Origin: Candidatus Bipolaricaulia bacterium
Lineage (GTDB): Bacteria > Bipolaricaulota > Bipolaricaulia > RBG-16-55-9
NCBI GenBank assembly: GCA_042219045.1
Contig: JBDGQO010000003.1
Location: forward strand, 14,193-78,192
Direction: 5' to 3'
DNA: 64,000 nucleotides
This document shows positions 1 through 8,496 of this stretch, in pieces. The position numbers were made by a program, and so were the translations under genes. The notes beneath the pieces are model-generated. The model searched no databases and was not told the DNA's origin. It saw only the letters and a list, made by a program, of their open reading frames with translations. The stretch's first letter is position 1. Every line of letters begins with the position of its first letter.

Positions 1-16
1 GATTCAGTATGACTGA
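1..16 (+). CDS. 3' end of probable peptide ABC permease (OppB/DppB-like), partial
   Basis: Frame 2 reads I-Q-Y-D-stop (ATT CAG TAT GAC TGA), resembling the usual DPRI.Y. C-terminus of OppB/DppB; lies upstream of an OppC-like gene. Confidence 0.45.
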
Positions 17-229
17 CGAGACCCTGCAAGCGCGGATGCCGACGTGCCACCGATCTCACGAATTACGGACCACCGCACAGGTCCTGTCAACCCCTGGCCG
101 CAACGATGGCCCAGCTGACAGCAACCGCTTTACCAAACGTCTGCCGTCATCAGTAACATTCCGTCAGCGCTCACCGATCAACCGCTGCCCGACCGACCGA
201 CAGTCGTAATGGCGAGGTAAATCGGGACC

Positions 230-1144
230 ATGGCGCAAGCGCAAACGACTTCGAGAATCGGAGACGACACACAGGACACGCAAGCGGCCGAGACCCGCAG
301 CTTCGCCAAGCTGTTTTGGAACCAACTGAAGCGGAATCCGTTGGTGATCGCAGCCCTCGTCATTTTGGCGTTGTTGTACGCGATGATGGGGGCCTCCTTT
401 CTTCTCGAAGATTTCCCCCCCTATGACCCGAACAAGCCGTTCGTCGGTCCTCGACTCGAAGGGCCGAGCCCCGAGCACTGGTTCGGCACGGATCACCTCG
501 GTCGCGACCTGTTCAGCCGCGTCGTCGTAGGCTCGCAGATCTCGCTCAATATCGGCATTCTGGTGGCATTGCTCAGCGTTAGTATTGGAACTTTGCTGGG
601 ATCAGTGGCCGGATACTTCGGCGGTTGGATCGACAGCTTGATCATGCGCTTTACTGACATCGTCCTCAACTTCCCGTTTCTGTTTTTTGCCATCACCCTC
701 GTGACCATCCTGCAGCCGAACTTCTGGAACATCGTCCTGGCCATCGGACTGCTATCCTGGACCAGTATTGCCCGTATCGTTCGGGCGAACTTTCTCTCGT
801 TGCGAGAGCGGGAGTTTGTCCTGGCGGCCCATTCGCTCGGGGCCCCCGCAAGGCGAATCATCATCCGCCATATCCTCCCCAACACCGTCGCCCCGCTCAT
901 CGTGTATGCCACGCTCACCGTCGGTATTGCCATCATTGCCGAAGCCGGGCTAAGCTATCTTGGGCTCGGGGTCCAGCCGCCGACGCCGAGCTGGGGCAAC
1001 ATGCTCCAGCAGGGCAAGCCCTACATCAGCAGCCATATCTGGTTTACGCTCTTCCCCGGCCTGTTCATTTTCGTCACCGTCATGTGCGTCAACTACCTCG
1101 GAGATGGGCTCCGCGACGCACTCGATCCGAAGATCGTCACGTAA
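230..1144 (+). CDS. Peptide/nickel ABC transporter permease (OppC/DppC family)
   Basis: HWFGTDHLGRD motif, EAA-type loop (EFVLAAHSLGA), C-terminal GDGLRDALDP; GAGGT SD upstream. Confidence 0.95.
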   Translation: MAQAQTTSRIGDDTQDTQAAETRSFAKLFWNQLKRNPLVIAALVILALLYAMMGASFLLEDFPPYDPNKPFVGPRLEGPSPEHWFGTDHLGRDLFSRVVVGSQISLNIGILVALLSVSIGTLLGSVAGYFGGWIDSLIMRFTDIVLNFPFLFFAITLVTILQPNFWNIVLAIGLLSWTSIARIVRANFLSLREREFVLAAHSLGAPARRIIIRHILPNTVAPLIVYATLTVGIAIIAEAGLSYLGLGVQPPTPSWGNMLQQGKPYISSHIWFTLFPGLFIFVTVMCVNYLGDGLRDALDPKIVT

Positions 1145-1224
1145 GCTCGGCGCCGCAACGATCCGCTCCCCGTTGAACGCCTGTTCTCGCGATCTCACAA
1201 CGTCGCGACCGTCACGCAGATGCC

Positions 1225-1253
1225 TTTACAGGATCAGGCGGTCCACCTATAAT
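1225..1253 (+). promoter_or_regulatory. Sigma-70-type promoter of dnaB
   Basis: TTTACA (1225-1230), 17 bp spacer, TATAAT (1248-1253). Confidence 0.7.
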
Positions 1254-1268
1254 TGGAACGTGATTTAA

Positions 1269-2690
1269 GTGGCCGAACAAGCCCGTTCCCTTCCGAAGAA
1301 TCGCGAAGCTGAGCAGGTCGTCCTCGGCAGCGCGCTCATCGAGGCCGAGACGGTCATGCCGCCCGTCACGGAGAAGCTCCAGCCGGTCCACTTCTACTTT
1401 CGAGCGCACCGGGTCATCTTCCAGACGCTGATCGAGCTGTTCGAGACGGGCGAACCGATCGACCCCATCACCGCCGGCAACCGTCTCGAGGAGAAGAACG
1501 TGCTTCCCGAAGTGGGCGGCCGCGCTTATCTGAGCGAGCTCGTCTCGGCTGTTACGACGACGACGTCGGTGGGCTACTACGCCGATATCATCGCCAAGAA
1601 GGCGCTCCTGCGCGGTCTGGCTCAAGTCGGCCAGGAGATCACCGAGCTCGGCTACCAAGAGGACGAGGATACCGACGAGCTGCTCGACACGGCCGAGGAA
1701 AAGGTCTTTGAAGTGTCACGCCAGACGCTCAAGGAGAGCTACCACGCGCTGGGCGAGATCCTCCACAGCCACCTCGATCACCTGGAAAAGCTGCAAAGCC
1801 CCCAACGCAGCAGCGTGACAGGGCTGTCTTCCGGCTTCAAGGAGTACGACAAGCGGACGGCGGGCTTCCATCCTTCCGACCTGCTCATCCTGGCCGGGCG
1901 TCCGTCCATGGGCAAGTCGAGCTTCGCCTTCTCCATTGCGCGCCACGTGGCGCTCAACGAAGGGAAATCCGTCGGCCTCTTCAGCCTGGAGATGACGAAG
2001 GAGCAGCTGATCGAGCGGCTGCTCTGTGCCGAGGCTCAGGTCAATCTCCTGCGCCTGCGCAGCGGCTATTTGGGGGCCGACAGCGACGCGTGGCGCCGCA
2101 TCATGATGGCGGCCAATCGGCTGCAGAACGCCACGATCCTCGTCGACGACACGCCGGCGGCTTCCGTCATGGAGATCAAGGCCAAGGCGCGGCGCATGAA
2201 GGCCGAGCACGGCTTGGATCTGCTGATCATCGACTACCTCCAGTTGGTCGAGGGCGGCACGCGGGTCGAGATGCGTGAACAAGAGATTTCCTACATCACG
2301 CGCTCGTTCAAGGGCCTTGCCCGCGAGCTGGACTGCCCCGTGATGTCGCTGTCACAGCTGTCGCGGGCGTTGGAGCGACGGGATTCCAAACGTCCCCGTC
2401 TGTCGGATCTGCGCGAATCCGGCGAGATCGAACAGACTGCCGACGTCGTCCTCTTTCTCTATCGAGAAGAGTACTACGAGGACAAGGAGCCGAGCGAAAA
2501 CGGCGAGGACGCAGAGCCCGCCGGCGACCAAGACTCCCCGATCAGCCCGACGGAGGTCATCATCGGCAAGCAGCGCAACGGCCCCGTCGGCTCGTTCCAG
2601 GTCGGGTTCCACAAGGTCTACGCCACCTTCCACGAGCTCCATCCGTTCGACGAGGTCGGCTCAGGAAGCGGTGCCCAACCTCCGTTCTAG
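1269..2690 (+). CDS. dnaB: Replicative DNA helicase DnaB
   Basis: N-terminal EAEQVVLGS, Walker A GRPSMGKS, IIDYLQL, LSQLSR, SDLRESGEIEQTAD, KQRNGP; GTG start; no intein. Confidence 0.98.
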   Translation: MAEQARSLPKNREAEQVVLGSALIEAETVMPPVTEKLQPVHFYFRAHRVIFQTLIELFETGEPIDPITAGNRLEEKNVLPEVGGRAYLSELVSAVTTTTSVGYYADIIAKKALLRGLAQVGQEITELGYQEDEDTDELLDTAEEKVFEVSRQTLKESYHALGEILHSHLDHLEKLQSPQRSSVTGLSSGFKEYDKRTAGFHPSDLLILAGRPSMGKSSFAFSIARHVALNEGKSVGLFSLEMTKEQLIERLLCAEAQVNLLRLRSGYLGADSDAWRRIMMAANRLQNATILVDDTPAASVMEIKAKARRMKAEHGLDLLIIDYLQLVEGGTRVEMREQEISYITRSFKGLARELDCPVMSLSQLSRALERRDSKRPRLSDLRESGEIEQTADVVLFLYREEYYEDKEPSENGEDAEPAGDQDSPISPTEVIIGKQRNGPVGSFQVGFHKVYATFHELHPFDEVGSGSGAQPPF

Positions 2691-2710
2691 ACCGCCTGCC
2701 GTTCGTAACG

Positions 2711-2739
2711 TTGTCCTCACGCCGCGTCCGGGCTATAAT
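2711..2739 (+). promoter_or_regulatory. Sigma-70-type promoter of the liv ABC operon
   Basis: TTGTCC (2711-2716), 17 bp spacer, TATAAT (2734-2739). Confidence 0.65.
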
Positions 2740-2808
2740 CGCCTTCATGTCTGACTGAGATCATCAGCCAGACCTCGAAAAAGCGCAACCTGGGGTTCAA
2801 ACACAAAC

Positions 2809-3630
2809 ATGGCGGGCGAGGAGGCACCCAAGCCACCAGAGAACGACGGGCGTGCGTTGCTGAGCGTGCGCGATGTTGTCCGGGATTTCGGCGGCCTGCG
2901 GGCTGTCGACCACTGCAGCCTGGACGTTCAGCGCGGCACGATCACGGGCCTGATCGGCCCGAACGGGGCGGGCAAATCGACGCTGTTCAACCTGATCACC
3001 GGCTTCTACCGTCCAGATGGGGGCAGCGTCCAGTTCAACGGCCGTGACATTACCGGCTTACCGCCACACCGCATCTTCCATCTCGGCCTCTGCCGAACGT
3101 TTCAGATTCCGCACGAGCAACAAGGCATGACCGTTCTGGAGAATCTGATGCTCGTGCCGCCCAACCAGCTGGGCGAGTCGCTTTGGAACCCCATCTTCCG
3201 GCCTCGCGCCGTGCACCGCCAGGAGCTGGAAATTCGCGACAAGGCCCATGAAGTCTTGGACTTCGTCGATCTCTTCCACCTCAAGGACGAGCTGGCGGCC
3301 GGCCTCTCCGGCGGCCAGAAGAAGCTGTTGGAGCTGGCGCGCACGCTGATGGCTGATCCCGATCTCGTCTTGCTCGACGAACCCGGCGCGGGCGTCAACC
3401 GGACGCTCATGAAAAAGCTGAGCGCCAACATCGAGGAACTGCGCCGAGATCGCGGCATCACGTTCCTGGTGATCGAGCACGACATGGATCTGGTCATGTC
3501 GCTGTGCAACCCCGTCATCGTCATGAGCGAGGGCCACAAGCTCATGGAAGGCACCCCCGAAGAGGTGCGCAACGATCAACGCGTGCTCGACGCCTATCTG
3601 GGAGGCCAGTATGCCGTTGCTGAAGGCTGA
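2809..3630 (+). CDS. livG: Branched-chain amino acid ABC transporter ATP-binding protein (LivG-like)
   Basis: GPNGAGKST, RTFQ, LSGGQKK, LLDEPGAG, IEHDM, C-terminal AYLG. Confidence 0.93.
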   Translation: MAGEEAPKPPENDGRALLSVRDVVRDFGGLRAVDHCSLDVQRGTITGLIGPNGAGKSTLFNLITGFYRPDGGSVQFNGRDITGLPPHRIFHLGLCRTFQIPHEQQGMTVLENLMLVPPNQLGESLWNPIFRPRAVHRQELEIRDKAHEVLDFVDLFHLKDELAAGLSGGQKKLLELARTLMADPDLVLLDEPGAGVNRTLMKKLSANIEELRRDRGITFLVIEHDMDLVMSLCNPVIVMSEGHKLMEGTPEEVRNDQRVLDAYLGGQYAVAEG

Positions 3631-4318
3631 AGGCGTCACCAGCGGCTACGGGGACATGCAGGTTCTCGGCGAGGTCTCCATGTCGATCGGCGAGGGGGAG
3701 ATCGTCTCGATCATCGGCCCGAACGGCGCGGGCAAGTCGACGTTCATGAAGACGGTATTTGGGCTCTTGAAACCCTGGGAGGGGACGATTCGGTTCAACG
3801 ACAAGGAGATCGGGGGACTTTCCCCCGATCAGATCGTGCGTGAGGGCATGTGCTACGTCCCCCAGGTGGCCAACGTCTTCACCACGCTGACCGTCGAGGA
3901 GAATTTGGAGATGGGGGCATTCATTCTCAAGGACGGCGATCTCCAGGCCCGCAAAGACCACGTCTACGAGCTGTTTCCGCAATTGAAGGAACGACGTGGC
4001 CAGCGGGCCGGCAAGATGAGCGGCGGCGAGCGCCAGATGGTCGCCATGGGCCGGGCGTTGATGCTCAACCCACAGCTGTTGCTCTTGGATGAGCCCTCTG
4101 CGGCCTTGGCGCCCAAGCTTGTCGACATGATCTTCGAGCGCATCACCGATATCAACGAGACGGGCGTGGCCATCATCATGGTGGAACAGAACGCCAAAAA
4201 GTCGCTAAAAATGGCCGATCAGGGCTATGTCCTGGCCAACGGCGAAAACCGCTTTGAAGGCACGGGCGAGGATCTCTTGAACGATCCCGAAGTTGCCCGG
4301 CTCTATCTGGGAGGCTAA
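3611..4318 (+). CDS. livF: Branched-chain amino acid ABC transporter ATP-binding protein (LivF-like)
   Basis: GPNGAGKST, MSGGERQM, LLDEPS, VEQN, YLGG; overlaps livG. Confidence 0.93.
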   Translation: MPLLKAEGVTSGYGDMQVLGEVSMSIGEGEIVSIIGPNGAGKSTFMKTVFGLLKPWEGTIRFNDKEIGGLSPDQIVREGMCYVPQVANVFTTLTVEENLEMGAFILKDGDLQARKDHVYELFPQLKERRGQRAGKMSGGERQMVAMGRALMLNPQLLLLDEPSAALAPKLVDMIFERITDINETGVAIIMVEQNAKKSLKMADQGYVLANGENRFEGTGEDLLNDPEVARLYLGG

Positions 4319-4321
4319 GAC

Positions 4322-5458
4322 ATGAGCGACCCTCAACGCCCCGACCGTCCAAACCACAACCCCCAGGATTCCGAATCTCCAGACGTCTCTAGCGCTCGGA
4401 GCTCCTCGGATGTCACGCTCGGCAGCACGGCGGCCCCTCCGGTTCAGGGCGGGTTCCGCCGGTTCATCGAAAAAGCGGGACGTCCCTTGGCGATTCTGTT
4501 ATTCGCGGTTCTGCTGGTTGCTCTCTGGGTGGAGAACCCTCAGGTATCGTTCAATAACTTCATCTCGCTGACGATCCGCGGCATCATGCTGGGCAGCATC
4601 ATCGCCGTCAGCGCCATCGGGTTGACGCTCGTCTATGGCGTCGTGAAGTTTCCCAATTTCGCCCACGGCGACCTCATGTCCGCCGGTGCTTACGTCGGGC
4701 TTGCGTCCCTTGCCGTGTTGCCCCAGACGGAACAGATCGGGCCGTTCACCTTCGGTTGGGAGTTCATTCTGAGCCTGTTGATCAGCATGCCGGTTGTGGG
4801 CGGAATCGCCGCGCTTGCTGATCGATTGGTCTACCGTCCGCTCCGGGAACGGTCGGCCGGGTTGGTGCTGCTGGCAATGTCGTCACTGGGCATGGCGTTC
4901 TTCATTCGCAGCTTGATCTATCTCATCTGGGGGGCCGACTTCCACTTTTACTATGCGGGGCGGCTGACGCCCGCCGTCGAGCTTTTTAGCGGCATCCAGA
5001 TTCCGCCGGACCAGTTTTTCATTTTAGGCATCTCGCTCGTGTTGATCGTGCTGACGTATCTGTTGCTGGAGCGGACCAAACTGGGCAAAGCCATGCGGGC
5101 GACCGCGGATAACGTCGATTTGGCGAAGGTCACGGGCATCAACACGGATCGTGTCATCCTCTGGACCTGGATCATCGGCGGCGCTCTGGCCGCAATCGGC
5201 GGCGTGCTCTACGGGCTCAATCTCCAGCTGCGCCCGACGATGGGCTTCTTCTTCCTCGTGCCAGTCTTTGCTGCCGTGATCATGGGCAGCATTGGCAATC
5301 CCTACGGGGCCCTTGTGGGCGGCTTGATCATCGGCGTCATTTGGATGGTGTCCACGATGTTTGTCAACTCGACGTACGGACCGGGCATGGCCTTCCTTGT
5401 CATGATTCTGATGCTGCTGGTGCGCCCACAGGGCATCTTCGGCAGCCGGGGAGCGTGA
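4322..5458 (+). CDS. livH: Branched-chain amino acid ABC transporter permease (LivH-like)
   Basis: GLTLVYGV-NFAHG, TKLGKAMRA, C-terminal RPQGIFG; multiple TM helices. Confidence 0.92.
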   Translation: MSDPQRPDRPNHNPQDSESPDVSSARSSSDVTLGSTAAPPVQGGFRRFIEKAGRPLAILLFAVLLVALWVENPQVSFNNFISLTIRGIMLGSIIAVSAIGLTLVYGVVKFPNFAHGDLMSAGAYVGLASLAVLPQTEQIGPFTFGWEFILSLLISMPVVGGIAALADRLVYRPLRERSAGLVLLAMSSLGMAFFIRSLIYLIWGADFHFYYAGRLTPAVELFSGIQIPPDQFFILGISLVLIVLTYLLLERTKLGKAMRATADNVDLAKVTGINTDRVILWTWIIGGALAAIGGVLYGLNLQLRPTMGFFFLVPVFAAVIMGSIGNPYGALVGGLIIGVIWMVSTMFVNSTYGPGMAFLVMILMLLVRPQGIFGSRGA

Positions 5459-5464
5459 TCGCAC

Positions 5465-6694
5465 GTGACGAGTGTGGCTTGGGTTAAGGCATTCCTGATG
5501 GCGATTCCGCTTGCTATCGTGGCGGCCCGTTTCCTCCCGAGCCAAGTCCAATGGTATGGGCGCGTCGTATTGGGTGCAGCCATCGGCCTAGCCGTGGCGA
5601 TCGGGGCAACCATTGTCATTCCGCCCGGCTGGCTAACTTACATCGCCACATCGGTCGGCGTCTTTGCCGGAATCTACGCGATCATGACCCTCGGCTTAAA
5701 CGTCCAATGGGGCGGGTCCGGCCTGCTCAACTTCGGCATTGCGGCCTTTTTCGCCCTCGGTGCGTTCACGACGGGACTTGTCACGACAACCATGCCGTCA
5801 GGCATTCAGGCCCAGTTCAAACAGCAAGCCTTTGGGCTGGACGCCCCCTTCCTCGTCGGCGTGCTCGCCGCCGGACTTGTCTCCGGCATCGTTGCTTGGT
5901 TCATCGCTCGGGCGACCCTACAGCTGCGCCTGGATTACCTCGCGATCGCCACGATCGGCATCGGCGAAATCGTGCGCCTCATCTTTCAGAACGAGCGGTG
6001 GCTAGCGAACGGGCCTCGACCGTTGAGCGGGATCCCGCAGCCGCTGTTCTGTCTCGTGGAGGATCCGTCGTGTGCTCGGCTGCCGGATTGGCTTACCGGC
6101 CTGTTTGCGCCCCTGACGCCGGGCGAGTATGGCTTTATCTACCTCGTCATCGTCATGCTCATCCTGTTCGTCCTCTACATCATCGTGGAGCGCATGACCC
6201 GCTCGCCGTGGGGACGGGTCTTGAGGGCCGTTCGCGAAGATCCCGATGCCACGTCCATGAGCGGCAAGGACGTCTCATCGTTCAAGGTCCAGGCATTTGT
6301 CCTCGGAGCGATCATCATGGGCATCGGCGGCGCGCTTTATGCCCACCACATTGCGGTCATTGACTACAGCAGCTTCCGACCGCTCCGGGCGACGTTTCTC
6401 ATCTGGGTGATGCTGATGCTGGGCGGCAGCGGCAACAATCGAGGCGCCATCTTGGGCGGGATTCTCCTCTACGTGATCTGGACCTTCACCCAGGATGTGG
6501 CTAACATGAACATTGTTCGGTCGGCTTTAGCTGAAATCCACCCGGATCTTCCAGATCGAAGCCAGTACCTCCGGTACACGTTGGTCGCCATCTTATTGGA
6601 ACTCATTTTGATTTTCCGGCCTCAAGGCATTCTGGCCGAGCGCAAGATCGTCTCGAAGCTGATGGGAACCGGAAAGAGGTCCGCTTCCGGTTAG
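5465..6694 (+). CDS. livM: Branched-chain amino acid ABC transporter permease (LivM-like)
   Basis: LGLNVQWG-GLLNFG, DYLAIATIG, SPWGRVLRAVRED, RPQGIL; GTG start. Confidence 0.92.
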   Translation: MTSVAWVKAFLMAIPLAIVAARFLPSQVQWYGRVVLGAAIGLAVAIGATIVIPPGWLTYIATSVGVFAGIYAIMTLGLNVQWGGSGLLNFGIAAFFALGAFTTGLVTTTMPSGIQAQFKQQAFGLDAPFLVGVLAAGLVSGIVAWFIARATLQLRLDYLAIATIGIGEIVRLIFQNERWLANGPRPLSGIPQPLFCLVEDPSCARLPDWLTGLFAPLTPGEYGFIYLVIVMLILFVLYIIVERMTRSPWGRVLRAVREDPDATSMSGKDVSSFKVQAFVLGAIIMGIGGALYAHHIAVIDYSSFRPLRATFLIWVMLMLGGSGNNRGAILGGILLYVIWTFTQDVANMNIVRSALAEIHPDLPDRSQYLRYTLVAILLELILIFRPQGILAERKIVSKLMGTGKRSASG

Positions 6695-6791
6695 TTGAAG
6701 CGCTGAGAAACGCTGAACCACCGACTGTTCAACATCTCCCCCGCCGAGGCAGTCGCCTAACGACTCCCCTGCGCCGACGCTCAATAATGGA

Positions 6792-6821
6792 AGCGGGGAC
6801 CTGAGCACTCAGGCCCCCGCT
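6792..6821. terminator. GC-rich hairpin between convergent genes (possible bidirectional terminator)
   Basis: AGCGGGG-A-CCTGAG / CTCAGG-C-CCCCGCT inverted repeat between livM and the binding-protein gene; no long U-tract. Confidence 0.5.
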
Positions 6822-6865
6822 CGCGTTGAACTTGAACGGACTCGGCGATGTCGGACGGAGATGTG

Positions 6866-8191
6866 TTATTTGGCGGGAACGTCTTGGATCGTTGTGACGG
6901 TCTCGATCCCCTCCTCGCCGTACTTCCAGATCTGGATACCGGCACCGGCCACGTCGCCGACCTCGTTGAAGTTCTGCTCGCCGGACGCGCCGGAGTAGTC
7001 GATGTCGGTGCCTCCGTTGATCTGCTCCAGACCGGCCATGGAGCCCTTGGGACCGACCCCAACGCTTTCACCCGGCGGGTTGGAGACGTCGCGAATGCGG
7101 TCGATTAGCACCGAGCCGCTGGTCGGGTCCTCACCGTCCGCAATCGCCTTGGCGATGGTCAACCCGACGATGAACGCGGCATCGTAAGTCTGCGCCATGA
7201 ACGGCAACGGAGGTGTCCGGCCGTAGCGCTCCGCATACATGTTGTTGAACATCTGGAACGACTCGCGGCCGCTGGGCGATCCTGGCGCTGTCCCGAACTG
7301 CCCCTGAAGGTTTTCGAGGCCGAGGGCGTCGATGTTGTCCTCGGACTTCGTGCCGTCGGTGTGCTGGAAGCTCGTGAAGTCGAACTGCTCCAGGGCCTCC
7401 TGCATAAACACCGTCGACGCCCCCGGATAGCTCGGCGTAAGGATGATGTCCGGGTTGTTGGCCAACGCCTGCTCGAGGTCGTCCACGTAGGTCGGCTCAG
7501 GGGTGCCCGCTTGGTGCGGCACTTGGGCCAGGACCGTGCCGTCACGTCGCTCAAACGCGGCGGCGAAGACGTCGTTAAGGCCTTGGCCGTACGCGTTGTT
7601 GGTGTACATGACCGAGGCCGTGTCGTTGGAGTAGCCGTCGACGATCTCGCCGCGCGCAAGCATGGCCGCCACGACACCCTGCTGCACGTCGGTTACGGTG
7701 GTGCGGAAGAACGTCTCATCGAACGGTGGCGCGCTGAAGACCGGCGACGTCGACGCCGGGGAAATCTGGAGCACGTTCGCGTCAACGGTCACCGACTCGG
7801 CGACGGCCTGGGACACACCGCTAGAGAGCGCGCCGATGATGGCCGGAACGCCCTGCTGGTTGACCAGGCTGCTGGCCCGATCGACACCCTGAGACGGGGC
7901 TGTGCCAGTGTCTTCGACAACCAGGCGCATGATGGGCCCGCCAAAGACTTGGTTTGCTGCGTTGTTGATGTGGTCCACTGCCAGTTGTGCGGCTCGCTCA
8001 AAGTTCGGGCCGAACTCCGAGAGGCCGCCGGTGAAGGCGAAGAGCGCACCCACAGGAACTTGCGGCGGCGCATCCTGGGCCATACCGCGGAACATGACCG
8101 GGCCGCTCAACGTCAACGCGCCACCAGCGGCTCCGATGCCCTTGAGGAAGCGGCGCCGACTGAGGAAAGCCAGTTGCTTGTTGTCAGCCAT
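6866..8191 (-). CDS. Branched-chain amino acid ABC substrate-binding protein with Tat signal
   Basis: Start moved to MADNKQ (GGAGG SD); twin-arginine SRRRFLKG; LivJ/K-like motifs IIGALSSG, ISPAST, FFRT, YDAA, YSGASG. Confidence 0.9.
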   Translation of the reverse strand: MADNKQLAFLSRRRFLKGIGAAGGALTLSGPVMFRGMAQDAPPQVPVGALFAFTGGLSEFGPNFERAAQLAVDHINNAANQVFGGPIMRLVVEDTGTAPSQGVDRASSLVNQQGVPAIIGALSSGVSQAVAESVTVDANVLQISPASTSPVFSAPPFDETFFRTTVTDVQQGVVAAMLARGEIVDGYSNDTASVMYTNNAYGQGLNDVFAAAFERRDGTVLAQVPHQAGTPEPTYVDDLEQALANNPDIILTPSYPGASTVFMQEALEQFDFTSFQHTDGTKSEDNIDALGLENLQGQFGTAPGSPSGRESFQMFNNMYAERYGRTPPLPFMAQTYDAAFIVGLTIAKAIADGEDPTSGSVLIDRIRDVSNPPGESVGVGPKGSMAGLEQINGGTDIDYSGASGEQNFNEVGDVAGAGIQIWKYGEEGIETVTTIQDVPAK

Positions 8192-8305
8192 TATTCGACC
8201 TCCTTGTCTGGTGTTTGTAAAGTGGCAAACCTTTGAGGCTTTTCGAGGAGCGTTTTCCGCCTCTACCACCTCCTATCCCGTTTTAGGTCGATCTCTTGAC
8301 AGAAA

Positions 8306-8334
8306 GTTTTATCATGAATTCGTGATCAGATCAA
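8306..8334 (-). promoter_or_regulatory. Putative promoter of the binding-protein gene with a palindrome in its spacer
   Basis: Minus strand TTGATC, 17 bp spacer, TAAAAC; near-perfect palindrome ATCATGAATTCGTGAT at 8311-8326. Confidence 0.4.
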
Positions 8335-8496
8335 AGCCTGGCGGAGCGTCCATAGACTGTGGGCAGGGCATGCTGACCTCGAAGCCAGATGGCCGTGATG
8401 ATCGTCGTGATGGTTGGAACGGCCGAATGCTCACGGGCTGCGGCTACGGCAAACGTTCCAGTTCGGCCGTTCATTGCCGGGTTTAACTCGGCTCAT

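Noticed and set aside
17..229. 66-aa ORF (9-209) and short CCGA repeats between the peptide permease genes
   Set aside because: No motif, SD or convincing structure; the gap is long for an opp operon but I cannot support a feature
1269..2690. Intein in dnaB (also considered for gyrB)
   Set aside because: Both proteins are of normal length with contiguous motifs
8417..8472. 11-bp inverted repeat GAACGGCCGAA/TTCGGCCGTTC
   Set aside because: 34-nt loop, no U-tract and a single copy; not enough to call a terminator or MITE
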